NCBI GenBank assembly: GCA_963732775.1
Contig: CAVTAR010000001.1
Location: 627,519 to 691,518, forward strand
Direction: 5' to 3'
Origin: an uncultured Pseudomonadota bacterium
GTDB lineage: Bacteria; Pseudomonadota; Alphaproteobacteria; Acetobacterales; Acetobacteraceae
Length of the DNA: 64,000 bases
The notes under the pieces are model-generated. The model was not told the origin of the DNA. It was given only the letters and a program-made list of their open reading frames with translations, and made no database searches. The translations under genes and the position numbers were made by a program. Shown one piece after another: positions 9,371 through 18,450 of this stretch. How positions within the stretch are numbered: the first letter of the stretch is position 1; each line of letters opens with the position of its first letter.

Positions 9371-9916
9371 ATGGCCGCGCGGTCCGACCGCGGCGGGCTC
9401 AGCTTCGACGACGTGTTGCGGCTCTGGCGCGAGGATGACGGGTTCGCCGCGGCGTGGTCCGCTCACCTCGCCGGCGCTCCCTATGCTGCGCTGCGCCTGG
9501 AATGCCCGCCGCTCGTGGCCGGCCGGCTGGGCGGCAGCCTCTCGTGCGTCCTGCTGGACGCGCCGGAGCTGGTCCGGCCGGCCGACCCGCGGCCGTTCCG
9601 GGACCCGCTCGACCGCGCCGGCGAGGCCTTGGTCGCGACGTTTCCGAACCTCTCCGGCGACGCCGTCCTGGTGGTGCCGCGCGGCATCGGCCCGCCGGCG
9701 GCCTATTCCCACCTCGCGGCGTTCCTGCGCGACGCGCCGGCGCCGCAGGTGCGCGCGTTGTGGCGCGCCGTCGCGGCCGCGATGCGCGCCCGGCTCGGCG
9801 CGGCACCCGTGTGGCTCAGCACCGCCGGCAGCGGCGTCCCCTGGCTGCACGTCCGCCTCGACGACCGGCCGAAATACTACGTGCATGCGCCCTACCGGCG
9901 ATGGCCGGCGCCATAG
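9371..9916 (+). CDS. Hypothetical protein
   Basis: 181-aa ORF with non-shadow composition (W, Y, F, C and a PKYYVHAPY tail). I do not recognise a family with certainty. Confidence 0.5.
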   Translation: MAARSDRGGLSFDDVLRLWREDDGFAAAWSAHLAGAPYAALRLECPPLVAGRLGGSLSCVLLDAPELVRPADPRPFRDPLDRAGEALVATFPNLSGDAVLVVPRGIGPPAAYSHLAAFLRDAPAPQVRALWRAVAAAMRARLGAAPVWLSTAGSGVPWLHVRLDDRPKYYVHAPYRRWPAP

Positions 9917-9962
9917 CACGGCAACCGATCGGACAGCTCGAGGTTCGATCGGCGCTCAAGCT

Positions 9963-10009
9963 CCCTCTCCACCCGCACTTGCGGGGGGAGAGGGCCGGGG
10001 TGAGGGGGG
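9963..10009. repeat. REP-like palindromic element, short copy
   Basis: CCCTCTCC-loop-GGAGAGGG hairpin followed by CCGGGGTGAGGGG. Same motif family as the copies at 28298, 37252 and 45498/46709. Confidence 0.8.
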
Positions 10010-10101
10010 TTCGTGGGCCGCTCCATGCCGGCCGCGCGTGCTTGTCGCCCTAGCGCGGCCTTGCGAGCGGCGCGCGCGTCCGCCATAGGTTGCCGCCGGT
10101 C

Positions 10102-10178
10102 CGGGGCGTGGCGCAGCCTGGTAGCGCGCGTGTTTTGGGTACACGAGGCCGCCGGTTCGAGTCCGGCCGCCCCGACCA
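10102..10178 (+). tRNA. tRNA-Pro (anticodon UGG)
   Basis: 77 nt. Acceptor CGGGGCG/CGCCCCG, anticodon stem CGTGT/ACACG with loop TTTGGGT, T-arm GGTTCGAGTCC, encoded CCA. Confidence 0.95.
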
Positions 10179-10200
10179 GGGTGTCACCACGGAGGATCGC

Positions 10201-10512
10201 ATGGCGCGCCGTGCCCGCATCTACGAGCAGCCGAAGAGTTCGATGCAGTCGGGCCGCGCCGGCACGGACGAGTGGATCGTCGATTTCGAGCAGGCCACGC
10301 CGCGCCGTGCCGAGCCGCTGATGGGCTGGATCAGCAGCGACGACACCCAGACGCAGCTGCGCCTGCGCTTCCCGTCGCGTGAGGCCGCGGTGGACTATGC
10401 CGAGCGCAACGGGCTGCTCTATCAGGTCGAGCTGTCACGTCCGCGCACGTTCAAGCCGAAGGCGTATGCGGACAATTTCCGCTATGGCCGGATCGAGAAC
10501 TGGACCCATTGA
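10201..10512 (+). CDS. ETC complex I subunit (NDUFS4-like) conserved-region protein
   Basis: 103 aa: MARRARIYEQPKSSMQSGRAGTDEW ... PLMGWISSDDT ... PKAYADNFRYGR. This matches the NDUFS4-like family as I recall it. Confidence 0.85.
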   Translation: MARRARIYEQPKSSMQSGRAGTDEWIVDFEQATPRRAEPLMGWISSDDTQTQLRLRFPSREAAVDYAERNGLLYQVELSRPRTFKPKAYADNFRYGRIENWTH

Positions 10513-10531
10513 GGGTCCGGAGGCTGGCGAG

Positions 10532-10608
10532 GCGCCCTTAGCTCAGGTGGATAGAGCAGCGGCCTTCTAATCCGCGGGTCGGGGGTTCGAGTCCCTCAGG
10601 GCGCGCCA
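10532..10608 (+). tRNA. tRNA-Arg (anticodon UCU)
   Basis: 77 nt. Acceptor GCGCCCT/AGGGCGC, D-arm GCTCAGGTGGATAGAGC, anticodon loop CTTCTAA, T-arm GGGGGTTCGAGTCCCTC, encoded CCA. Confidence 0.93.
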
Positions 10609-10720
10609 ACTCCTCGCGGTCCGACCCGAGCGCCCGCGACCGCGGCGTACCGTGGTCGGCCCGCACCGGCGCAAGAATTGCTTTCCGCCCTCAACGAGCC
10701 ACCAACCAGGGACATCCGCC

Positions 10721-11794
10721 ATGCAGACCCGCCGCCGCCTGCTGCACTCCACGCTTGCCCTGTCCGGCGCGGCGGTGCTGGCCGCCCCGGCCCGCGCCGC
10801 CGGCCCCTACCGCGTCGCCTTCGTCTACGTGGCCCCCATCGGCGACGCCGGCTACACCTTCCAGCACGAACTCGGCCGCCGCGCCGTGGCCGCCCATTAC
10901 GGCGACCAGGTGCGCACCAGCTACGTCGAGAACGTCCCCGAGGGCGCCGACGCCGAGCGCGTCATCCGCAAGCTGGCGCAGGAGAACGACCTCGTCTTCA
11001 CCACCTCGTTCGGCTTCATGGAACCCACCCTCAAGGTCGCCAAGCAGTTCCCGAAGGTGCGCTTCGAGCACGCCACCGGCTACAAGCGCGCCGCCAACCT
11101 GGCCACCTACTCGGCCCGCTTCTACGAAGGCCGCTACCTCGCCGGCGTGATCGCCGGGCGGATGACCAAGAGCAACACCATCGGCTTCGTCGGCGCCTTC
11201 CCGATCCCCGAGGTCATCAACAACATCAACGCCTACACCCTGGGCGCCCGCTCGGTGAACCCGGCGGTGCAGGTCAAGCTGGTCATGGTCTCCGCCTGGT
11301 TCGACCCCGGCAAGGAGCGCGCCGCCGCCGAGGCCATGATGAGCCAGGGCGCGGACGTGATCGTGACCCACACCGACAGCCCGGCGGTGCAGCAGGCCGG
11401 CGAGGACCGCGGCGTCTATACCGTCGGCTTCGACAGCGACATGGGCCGGTTCGGGCCGAAGACCTGCCTTACCTCGCAGATGGACAACTGGGCCGACTAC
11501 TACATCGCCCGCGTCGCCGCCGGCATGGACGGCTCGTGGCAGAGCACCGACACCTGGGGCGGCATCAAGGAGGGCATGGTCCAGCTCGCCCCGTTCAACC
11601 CGGCGCTGCCGCAGGCGGTGGCCGACGAGATCACCGCCAGGAAGGCGGCCATCGCCGGCGGCACGCTGAAGCCGTTCGCGGGTCCGGTGCTCGACCAGAC
11701 GGGCGCGACCAAGGCGGCGGCCGGTGCGGCGCTGGCCGACGCCGACATCCTGGGCATGAACTGGCTGGTGCAGGGGGTGCAGGGGACGGTGTAG
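10721..11794 (+). CDS. BMP family (PnrA/Med-like) ABC transporter substrate-binding protein, orphan
   Basis: ATG at 10721. Tat-like signal MQTRRRLLHSTLALSGAAVLAAPARA. BMP-type sequence FVYVAPIGDAGYTFQHE. No permease or ATPase genes adjacent. Confidence 0.85.
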   Translation: MQTRRRLLHSTLALSGAAVLAAPARAAGPYRVAFVYVAPIGDAGYTFQHELGRRAVAAHYGDQVRTSYVENVPEGADAERVIRKLAQENDLVFTTSFGFMEPTLKVAKQFPKVRFEHATGYKRAANLATYSARFYEGRYLAGVIAGRMTKSNTIGFVGAFPIPEVINNINAYTLGARSVNPAVQVKLVMVSAWFDPGKERAAAEAMMSQGADVIVTHTDSPAVQQAGEDRGVYTVGFDSDMGRFGPKTCLTSQMDNWADYYIARVAAGMDGSWQSTDTWGGIKEGMVQLAPFNPALPQAVADEITARKAAIAGGTLKPFAGPVLDQTGATKAAAGAALADADILGMNWLVQGVQGTV

Positions 11795-11856
11795 GCCGCG
11801 TCTCTCCGTCGCTCCGGGCGATTGCGCACCCCCGTCCCCACCCCTAATATCGAGCC

Positions 11857-12096
11857 ATGGGACGCGAACACAGCAACATCGCCCGGCGCTGCGAGCGCGC
11901 GGTGCTCACCGCCTATCGCGAACTGCGCGGCCTCGGCACCGACGACATGCAGGCGTTCGGCGCCTGCACCACGCTCTACCGCATCCACCACCCCGAGGCG
12001 TCGCTGAGCGAGGCGCGCAGCCTGGTCGCGGAGTGGGTCGACCACCACGTCGTGCGCGGCGACCGCGCCCCCACGCCCGGCTGCGACTGCGACTGA
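11857..12096 (+). CDS. Small hypothetical protein (79 aa)
   Basis: ATG ORF in an otherwise empty gap with non-shadow composition. No recognisable family and a weak RBS. Confidence 0.4.
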   Translation: MGREHSNIARRCERAVLTAYRELRGLGTDDMQAFGACTTLYRIHHPEASLSEARSLVAEWVDHHVVRGDRAPTPGCDCD

Positions 12097-12114
12097 CGCG
12101 CCGGGCGCGCCGCG

Positions 12115-12787
12115 CTACGGCAGGCCCGGGATCGCCGGCGGCGTGATCCCAGGCGGCACAACGCCGGGCGGCATGAGTCCGGACGGCGCAATCCCGGGCG
12201 GCAGCAGCGGCGTCTCCTTCACCGGCGCGGGCGGCGGCACCGTCTCCGTCGGCTGCGCGGCCGGGGCCGCCGCCGGGGCAGGGGCAGGCGCAGGTGCAGG
12301 CAGTCCCGCACCCGCCGGCGGCGAGTCGCTCGCCACCGTGTAGTCCGGCACGATGCGGGCCTGGTTGCCGGCGATCACCAGCACCCGCGCGCCCACCGCC
12401 AGCGGCGTCACGTCCTTCTGCGTCACCGAGATCAGGTCGCCGCCCGGCTTGCGCACGATGTACTCGTAGGCGAACGTGTCGGCCGCCGCGTGCTCCACCC
12501 CGGTGCCGACCAGCCCGCCCAGCAGCGCCCCGCCGACCGCGCCGAAGGTCGACGTGACCGCCCCGCCCGGCACCGTCGAGCCGGCCGCGCCGCCGGCCGC
12601 GGCACCCGAGGCCGCGCCCACCACGCCGGGGGCGGAGACGTCCACCCGCCGCACGCCGATCACCGTGCCGCGGTCGACCTTGTTGGCCTGCTGCACGGCG
12701 GCACTCGAATAGGTGTTCGGCGAGGACCTGCGGCCCGCAGCCGGCCAGCCCGGCGATGCAGCCGGCGATGACGAGCGATCTGACCAT
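12115..12787 (-). pseudogene. Glycine-zipper outer-membrane lipoprotein (SlyB/Pcp-like) with an apparent 1-nt frameshift after the lipobox
   Basis: ATG at 12787 encodes MVRSLVIAGCIAGLAGCGPQ (lipobox LAGC) in one frame. The mature part SSPNTYSSAAVQQANKVDRGTV ... G-rich zipper ... Pro-rich tail continues in another frame from about 12720. Confidence 0.7.
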
Positions 12788-12893
12788 GCCGGACCCCCTT
12801 GCTGTCCTGCCGCCCCAGATAGGCCGCGCGGCCGGCGATGTCACCGCGCCGTTCGCAGTTGCGAAAGCCGCCCGCGCACCCGAAGCTGGCGGC

Positions 12894-14057
12894 ATGGACA
12901 GGCAGGACTTCGACGCGCTGGTGATCGGCGCCGGCATCGCCGGGGCCACGGTGGCCGCCCACCTCGTCGCCGACCGGCCCCGCGTGGCGCTGGTCGAGGC
13001 CGAGGAGCAGGCCGGCTACCATAGCACCGGCCGCTCGGCCGCGCTGTGGTACCTGAACTACGGGCCGCCCGACGTCCGCGCCCTCACCGGCCTGTCGCGC
13101 GCCTTCTTCGAGCAGCCGCCGGCCGGCTTCACCGACCAGATGCTCGTGGCGCGGCGCTCCGTGCTGCTGCTGGCGCGCCCGGGCGAGGAAGCCGCGCTCG
13201 CTGCCATGCTCGCCGCCGGCATCGGCCTGCGCGCGCTGGCCCCGGGCGAGCCGGAGCGGCTGGTCCCGGCGCTGCGCCCCGGCCACGTCGCCGCCGCGGC
13301 CATCGAGGACGACGCCTTCGACATGGACGTGGCCGCTCTGCACCAGGGCTATTTGCGCCAGTTCCGGGCCGCCGGCGGCGTGCTGGCCCTGCGCAGCCGC
13401 ACCAGCCGCATCGAGCGCGCGCGGGGCCTTTGGCGGGTCGAGGTGAGCGGCGGCGCCGTGCTGACCGCGCCCGTGCTGGTCGACGCCGCCGGCGCCTGGG
13501 GCGACGAGGTGGCCCGGCAAGCCGGCGTCGCGCCGCTCGGCCTGGTGCCGAAGCGGCGCACCGCCGTCATCGTCGACCCGGCGCCGTGGGACGTCCGCGA
13601 CTGGCCGATGATCAACGACGTGGCCGAGAGCTGGTACGCCCGGCCCGAGGCGCGCACCAGGCTGCTGGTCTCGCCCGCCGACCAGACGCCGAGCCACGCC
13701 CACGACGTGCGCCCCGACGAGCTGGACATCGCGGTCGCCATCGACCGGATGCAGCAGGCGCTCGACATCGAGGTGCGCCGCGTCGAGCACGCCTGGGCCG
13801 GCCTGCGCACCTTCACCCCCGACGGCAGCCTCGCCTTCGGGCTGGACCGGGCGGCCCCCGGGTTCTTCTGGTGCGTGGGGCAGGGCGGCTACGGCATCCA
13901 GACCTCGCCCGCGGCCGGGCGGCTGATGGCCGACCTGGTCGCCGGCCGCGACCCGGCGGCCTGGATGGGGGAGGCGGCGGCGGCGGTGCTGCCCCTTCTC
14001 GACCCGGCCCGCTTCGCCCCGGCCCGCTTCGCCCCGGCCCGCCTTTCCCGCGCCTGA
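12894..14057 (+). CDS. FAD-dependent oxidoreductase (DAO / glycine-D-amino-acid oxidase family)
   Basis: ATG at 12894. Dinucleotide fold DALVIGAGIAGATVA. DAO-like length and C-terminal GQGGYGIQTSPA. Tail has an ARFAP tandem repeat. Confidence 0.85.
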   Translation: MDRQDFDALVIGAGIAGATVAAHLVADRPRVALVEAEEQAGYHSTGRSAALWYLNYGPPDVRALTGLSRAFFEQPPAGFTDQMLVARRSVLLLARPGEEAALAAMLAAGIGLRALAPGEPERLVPALRPGHVAAAAIEDDAFDMDVAALHQGYLRQFRAAGGVLALRSRTSRIERARGLWRVEVSGGAVLTAPVLVDAAGAWGDEVARQAGVAPLGLVPKRRTAVIVDPAPWDVRDWPMINDVAESWYARPEARTRLLVSPADQTPSHAHDVRPDELDIAVAIDRMQQALDIEVRRVEHAWAGLRTFTPDGSLAFGLDRAAPGFFWCVGQGGYGIQTSPAAGRLMADLVAGRDPAAWMGEAAAAVLPLLDPARFAPARFAPARLSRA

Positions 14058-14128
14058 GCCGTGGAGATCACGCGCTTGTTGCCGCCTCGCCTCTCGTGCG
14101 CACGCCGGGTCCGTGACAAGGAGTAACC

Positions 14129-16234
14129 ATGAGCCGCACCATCAAGGGTTCGAGCACGAGCGGCGTCAGCCTGACCAGCCGCGGCGACAATCCGGTGTCG
14201 GTCGTGGCCGGCGCGGTGATCGACACCACCGGCCCGTTCGCGATCCGGGGCGCCGCCGGCACGGCCTGGACCATCGGCAATCGCGGCACCCTGGTCGCCG
14301 CGAGCTACGGCGTGACGCTCGGCTCCGGCGGCAAGGTCACGAACGGCGGCAGCGGGGCCGCGGCCGGGCAGATCAGCGGCGGCGTCGCCGGCATCGCGAT
14401 CGGCCAGGCGGCGGGCCTGGTCAGCAACACCGGCACGGTGCGGGGCACCGGCGCGCAGGCGAGCGGCGTGCTGCTGCGGGCCGGCGGGCAGGTGGTCAAC
14501 GGGTCGGCCGCCGCGTCGTCGGCGCTGATCGAGGGCGGCGGCGCGGGGGTGTCGGTCGCCGGCGGCGCCGGCACGGTGACGAACCGCGCGACCATCGCCT
14601 CGACCGGCGCCGCCGGCTACGGCGTGCAGCTGTCGGCCGGCGGCACCGTGTCCAACATCGGGGCCGGCGCGGTCATCCTGGGCGACACCGGGGTGCGCAT
14701 CAGCGGCGGGGCCGGCCGCGTCAGCAACGATGGCCGCATCACCGCGCGCTCCGGCTACGGCGTGGTGCTGGCCGGCGCCGGCAGCGTGGCCAACGGCTCG
14801 GCCGCCGACGCCGCCGCCCTGATCACCGGCGGCGTCGAGCTCGGCAGCGGCAGCGTCATGAACGATGGCACGATCACCGGCCTGGCCAGCGGTCAGCGCG
14901 GCGTCTACGGGTCCGGCGTCAACGGCAGCCTGACGGTGAGCAATTCCGGCAGTATCGAGGGCTTCGAGGGCGTGCGCGCGGCCGGCACGCTGCGGCTGAT
15001 AAACGGGTCGGACGGCAACACCAGGGCGAGCGTCTCCGGCACCGAGCTCGGCGTGTTCGCCGGCACCGGCGGCGCGGTGCTGAACGGCGGCACCATCCAG
15101 TCCAGCCGGGGCATCGGCGTGCTGCTGTACGGCAGCGCGACCGAGCCGCTGCGGGTGATCAACGGCTCGGCCGCCAACCACGCCGCCAGCATCGCCGGCA
15201 GCGAGAGCGGGGTCTACCTGCGCCTGTACGGCGCGACCTATCGCGGGCAGGTGCTGGTGACCAATTTCGGCACCATCGAGGGCGGCGCGGCCGCCGGCGT
15301 CGTGCTGGCCGCGCAATCGGGCGGCATCACGCTCATCAACGCGGGCCGGATCGAGGGCAACCCGAACCGCGGCGACCTCGCGGTGCAGTTCAAGGGCGGC
15401 GACGCGCTGCTGGCGATCTATCCGGGTGCCGTGTTCGTGGGCCAGGTGGTGGCCGACCCGACCCGCAGCAACACGCTCGACTTCGTCTCGACCGCGTCCA
15501 CCGGCCGCATCGAGGGCATCGGCACGAAGTTCCAGGGGTTCCAGAACCTGCTGGTCGACCCCGGCGCGCGCTGGTCGGTGGCGGGCGGCGACACCCTGGT
15601 GGGCGGGGCCGGCATCACCCTGCGTCCCGCGGCCACGCTCACCGTGAACGGCACGCTCGACGTGGGCGGCTCGCTCACCCTGGTCGGCACCGGCACGCTC
15701 GACGTGAACGCGGTCGGCGTCTTCGAGGTCGGCACGGCGGGCGGCGCTGCCGCCGGCGCACTCACGGTCGATGCGGGCGCCAGGCTCGTGGGCGCGGAGG
15801 TCGTGAAGGCGGCCGTACGGGACGGCGGCATCGTCGAGGCGAGCGGCGGGACGCTGGTCCTGCTGGGCGGCGCGACCGGCTCCGGCATCGCCATGATCGA
15901 CGCGGCCTCCGTGCTGCGGGTCCAGAGTTCGGTCGCGCTGGGGCGCGTGGAGTTCCTCGCCTCGGGCCACGGCGACCTGCAGGTCGCCCAGGGCGGCGGC
16001 CTGGGTGCGACCGCCATCACCGGCTTCGGCGCCGCGGCGGGCAACGCCATCGACCTGCTCGGCTTCCACGCGGCCTCGCTGGTCTACACCACCCTCGACG
16101 CGAACAGCGGCCTGCTCGACCTGACCGGCGCCCAGGGCAGCCACGCGATGCTGGTGTTCAGCGGCGGCAGCTATGCCGCCGGCCAGTTCCACTTCACCAA
16201 CGGCGCGGGCGCCGCGCACATCACCTTCGGCTGA
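14129..16234 (+). CDS. Large parallel beta-helix-type repeat protein (autotransporter-passenger-like repeats, no barrel, no signal peptide)
   Basis: 701 aa, very Gly/Ala/Ser/Thr/Val/Asn-rich. Recurring roughly 20-25-aa pattern G.V.N.G.I.G...GV.L..GG. No Cys. RBS AAGGAG upstream of the ATG. Confidence 0.8.
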   Translation: MSRTIKGSSTSGVSLTSRGDNPVSVVAGAVIDTTGPFAIRGAAGTAWTIGNRGTLVAASYGVTLGSGGKVTNGGSGAAAGQISGGVAGIAIGQAAGLVSNTGTVRGTGAQASGVLLRAGGQVVNGSAAASSALIEGGGAGVSVAGGAGTVTNRATIASTGAAGYGVQLSAGGTVSNIGAGAVILGDTGVRISGGAGRVSNDGRITARSGYGVVLAGAGSVANGSAADAAALITGGVELGSGSVMNDGTITGLASGQRGVYGSGVNGSLTVSNSGSIEGFEGVRAAGTLRLINGSDGNTRASVSGTELGVFAGTGGAVLNGGTIQSSRGIGVLLYGSATEPLRVINGSAANHAASIAGSESGVYLRLYGATYRGQVLVTNFGTIEGGAAAGVVLAAQSGGITLINAGRIEGNPNRGDLAVQFKGGDALLAIYPGAVFVGQVVADPTRSNTLDFVSTASTGRIEGIGTKFQGFQNLLVDPGARWSVAGGDTLVGGAGITLRPAATLTVNGTLDVGGSLTLVGTGTLDVNAVGVFEVGTAGGAAAGALTVDAGARLVGAEVVKAAVRDGGIVEASGGTLVLLGGATGSGIAMIDAASVLRVQSSVALGRVEFLASGHGDLQVAQGGGLGATAITGFGAAAGNAIDLLGFHAASLVYTTLDANSGLLDLTGAQGSHAMLVFSGGSYAAGQFHFTNGAGAAHITFG

Positions 16235-16317
16235 ACCGCGCCGCGTTCACCACCGGTTAGCTTCTCCCTGGCAGGCTCGCGCGCCGGAGCGAACGAGAAC
16301 AGGGTGGGTCCGAACAC

Positions 16318-18450
16318 ATGCAGCACGTCGATGCCGCCCCGCCACCTGGGCGCGGCGCGAAACGGTCCGTCGCGCCGGAGCGGGCGCGCGCCCAAGCGCC
16401 CACCCTCTGGCGGTCGCTGGCCGCGGCATCGCGTCGGGACCGGGCGCCGCCGCCGCCGCCGGAGACCACGCCCGACGAGGACCGGCGCACCCTGGATCTG
16501 GCGCTCGACGCAGCCGGCAACATCGCCACCTTCGCGATCGCCGTCGCCCGCGATTGCTGGGTCGGCGATGGCCGCCTCGCCGCCATGTACGGCCTGCCGG
16601 TCGAGCAGGTGCGCGCCGGCGTGGCGACCGCCCGCCTGCTGGAGCGGGTGCATCCCGACGACCGGCCGCGCGTGGCCGAGCGCCACGCCCGGGTGCTCGC
16701 CGGCGGGGCGGAGCACGGCGACGAGTATTGTGACGAATACCGGATCGTTGTCGCAGGCGGGCCCGAACGCTGGCTCGGCGTCCGCGGCCTGCGCACGCGT
16801 GAGCGCGAACGGCGCGCCGGCCCTGCGCGGATCGTCGGCATCGTCACCGACACCACCGCCCACAAGCAGCACGCGCAGCGGCTCGAGGCGCTGGTGCAGG
16901 AGCGGACCGAGGCGCTGCGCGACGCGCTGCGCAGCCAGCACCTGCTGATCGAGCATCATCCAGACGTGCTCTGGATCCTGCGCGTCGAGGCCGCCTCCGC
17001 CGGCCGCGCGCAGCGTTTCGTCTTCGAGGTGTTCAACTCCGGCACCCACAACCTGACCGGCCTCGACGTCGCCCAGCTGCTGGGTCGCACGCCGCACGAA
17101 TGCTTCCCGCCGGCGATGGCCGAGGCGATCCTCGCGCACTACCGCGCCTGCGCCCGCAGCGGCGTGCCGATGACCTACAACGAGAGCCACGAGCTGCCGA
17201 TCGGCCTGCGCCACTACGAGACCAGGCTGGTGCCGATCAGGGCGGCCGACGGCAGGGTCGAGCGCATCATCGGCTCGGCGCGCGACATCACCGACCGTCT
17301 CGCGCTGGAGGGTCGGCTGCGGCAAGCGCAGCGGATGGAGGCGATCGGCCGCCTGTGCGCCGGCGTGGCGCACGACTTCAACAACATCCTGCAAAGCATC
17401 TCCGGCGCGCTCGACCTGCTGCGCGACGAGGTGGTCGAGCCGTTCGCCGGCGACGAGTTCGTCGACATCGCGGCCAAGGCCTGCCGGCGCGGCGGCCAGC
17501 TCACGCACCATCTGCTCGCCTACACCTGCCAGCAGGTGCTGCAGCCGCGCGTGCTCGACGTCGCCGACCTGCTGGCGCGCCTCGCCTCGACGCTGCGGCG
17601 CACGATCGGGCCGCACATCCAGATCGTGCTCGACACCCCGCGGGAGCGGCTGGCCGTGCACGTCGATGCCGCGATGTTCGAGACCGCGCTGATCAACCTC
17701 GCCGTGAACGCCGCCCACGCCATGCCGCATGGCGGCCGCCTGCGGCTGCACCTGCGGGCCCGCCGCAGCGCGGCGGCGCAGTCGATCCCCGCCGGGCCCT
17801 ATGGCGTGCTGTCGGTCGAGGACACCGGCTCGGGCATCCCGCCCGAGCTGCTGGCGCGCGTGTTCGAGCCGTTCTTCACCACCAAGGGCACCGATGGCAC
17901 CGGCCTCGGCCTTGCCATGGTCCAGGGCTTCGCGCGGCAGAGCGGCGGCGACGTGGCCATCGCCTCGGCGGTCGGACGCGGCACCACGGTCGAGGTCTGG
18001 CTGCCGCTCGCGCGCGCCCCCGGCGTCGCGCGCGGGCCGGACGGGGCGGAGCCGCCCTCGGCGCGCCTGGCCGGGCGCGCGCTGGTGGTGGACGACGACG
18101 CCGACGTGCTGGCCACCACCGCCGCCTTCCTGGAACGCGCCGGGCTCGGGGTGGCGACGGCCGCCCACGCCGACGCGGCGCTGGCGCGGCTCGCCGATGG
18201 GGAGCCTTGCGACGTGCTGGTGACGGATTTCGCCATGCCGGGGCCGAACGGGCTCGACCTGCTGGGCCGCGCGCGACAGCTCCGGCCGGGGCTGCCGGCC
18301 ATCATCATCACCGGCCACGCGCACGGGCTCGCCGGCCCCGGCGCCGAGGGCGTGGTGGTGCTGTGCAAGCCGTTCCGGCGCGAGCAGCTCGTCGCCATCG
18401 TCCAGAGTTTGCTGGAAAGCTCAGCCGCGGCCCAGGCCGAACGCCCGTAG
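16318..18450 (+). CDS. PAS-domain hybrid sensor histidine kinase/response regulator (cytoplasmic)
   Basis: Two PAS-like segments. H-box GVAHDFNNILQSI. HATPase N/G boxes (NLAVNAAHAM, DTGSGIP, GTGLGLAMV). C-terminal REC (LVVDDDADV ... DFAMPG ... CKPF). Confidence 0.9.
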   Translation: MQHVDAAPPPGRGAKRSVAPERARAQAPTLWRSLAAASRRDRAPPPPPETTPDEDRRTLDLALDAAGNIATFAIAVARDCWVGDGRLAAMYGLPVEQVRAGVATARLLERVHPDDRPRVAERHARVLAGGAEHGDEYCDEYRIVVAGGPERWLGVRGLRTRERERRAGPARIVGIVTDTTAHKQHAQRLEALVQERTEALRDALRSQHLLIEHHPDVLWILRVEAASAGRAQRFVFEVFNSGTHNLTGLDVAQLLGRTPHECFPPAMAEAILAHYRACARSGVPMTYNESHELPIGLRHYETRLVPIRAADGRVERIIGSARDITDRLALEGRLRQAQRMEAIGRLCAGVAHDFNNILQSISGALDLLRDEVVEPFAGDEFVDIAAKACRRGGQLTHHLLAYTCQQVLQPRVLDVADLLARLASTLRRTIGPHIQIVLDTPRERLAVHVDAAMFETALINLAVNAAHAMPHGGRLRLHLRARRSAAAQSIPAGPYGVLSVEDTGSGIPPELLARVFEPFFTTKGTDGTGLGLAMVQGFARQSGGDVAIASAVGRGTTVEVWLPLARAPGVARGPDGAEPPSARLAGRALVVDDDADVLATTAAFLERAGLGVATAAHADAALARLADGEPCDVLVTDFAMPGPNGLDLLGRARQLRPGLPAIIITGHAHGLAGPGAEGVVVLCKPFRREQLVAIVQSLLESSAAAQAERP

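Noticed and set aside
9917-10720. Genomic island or integration hotspot at the tRNA-Pro and tRNA-Arg genes
   Set aside because: I found no integrase, no direct repeat of a tRNA 3' end and no compositional break apart from a REP-like element. The flanking genes look like ordinary chromosomal genes.
13889-16260. 776-aa minus-strand and 715-aa plus-strand alternative ORFs over the beta-helix gene
   Set aside because: Both are dominated by R, G, D, H and A runs. The chosen frame (14129-16234) shows a regular beta-strand repeat pattern, low Arg and a good RBS.
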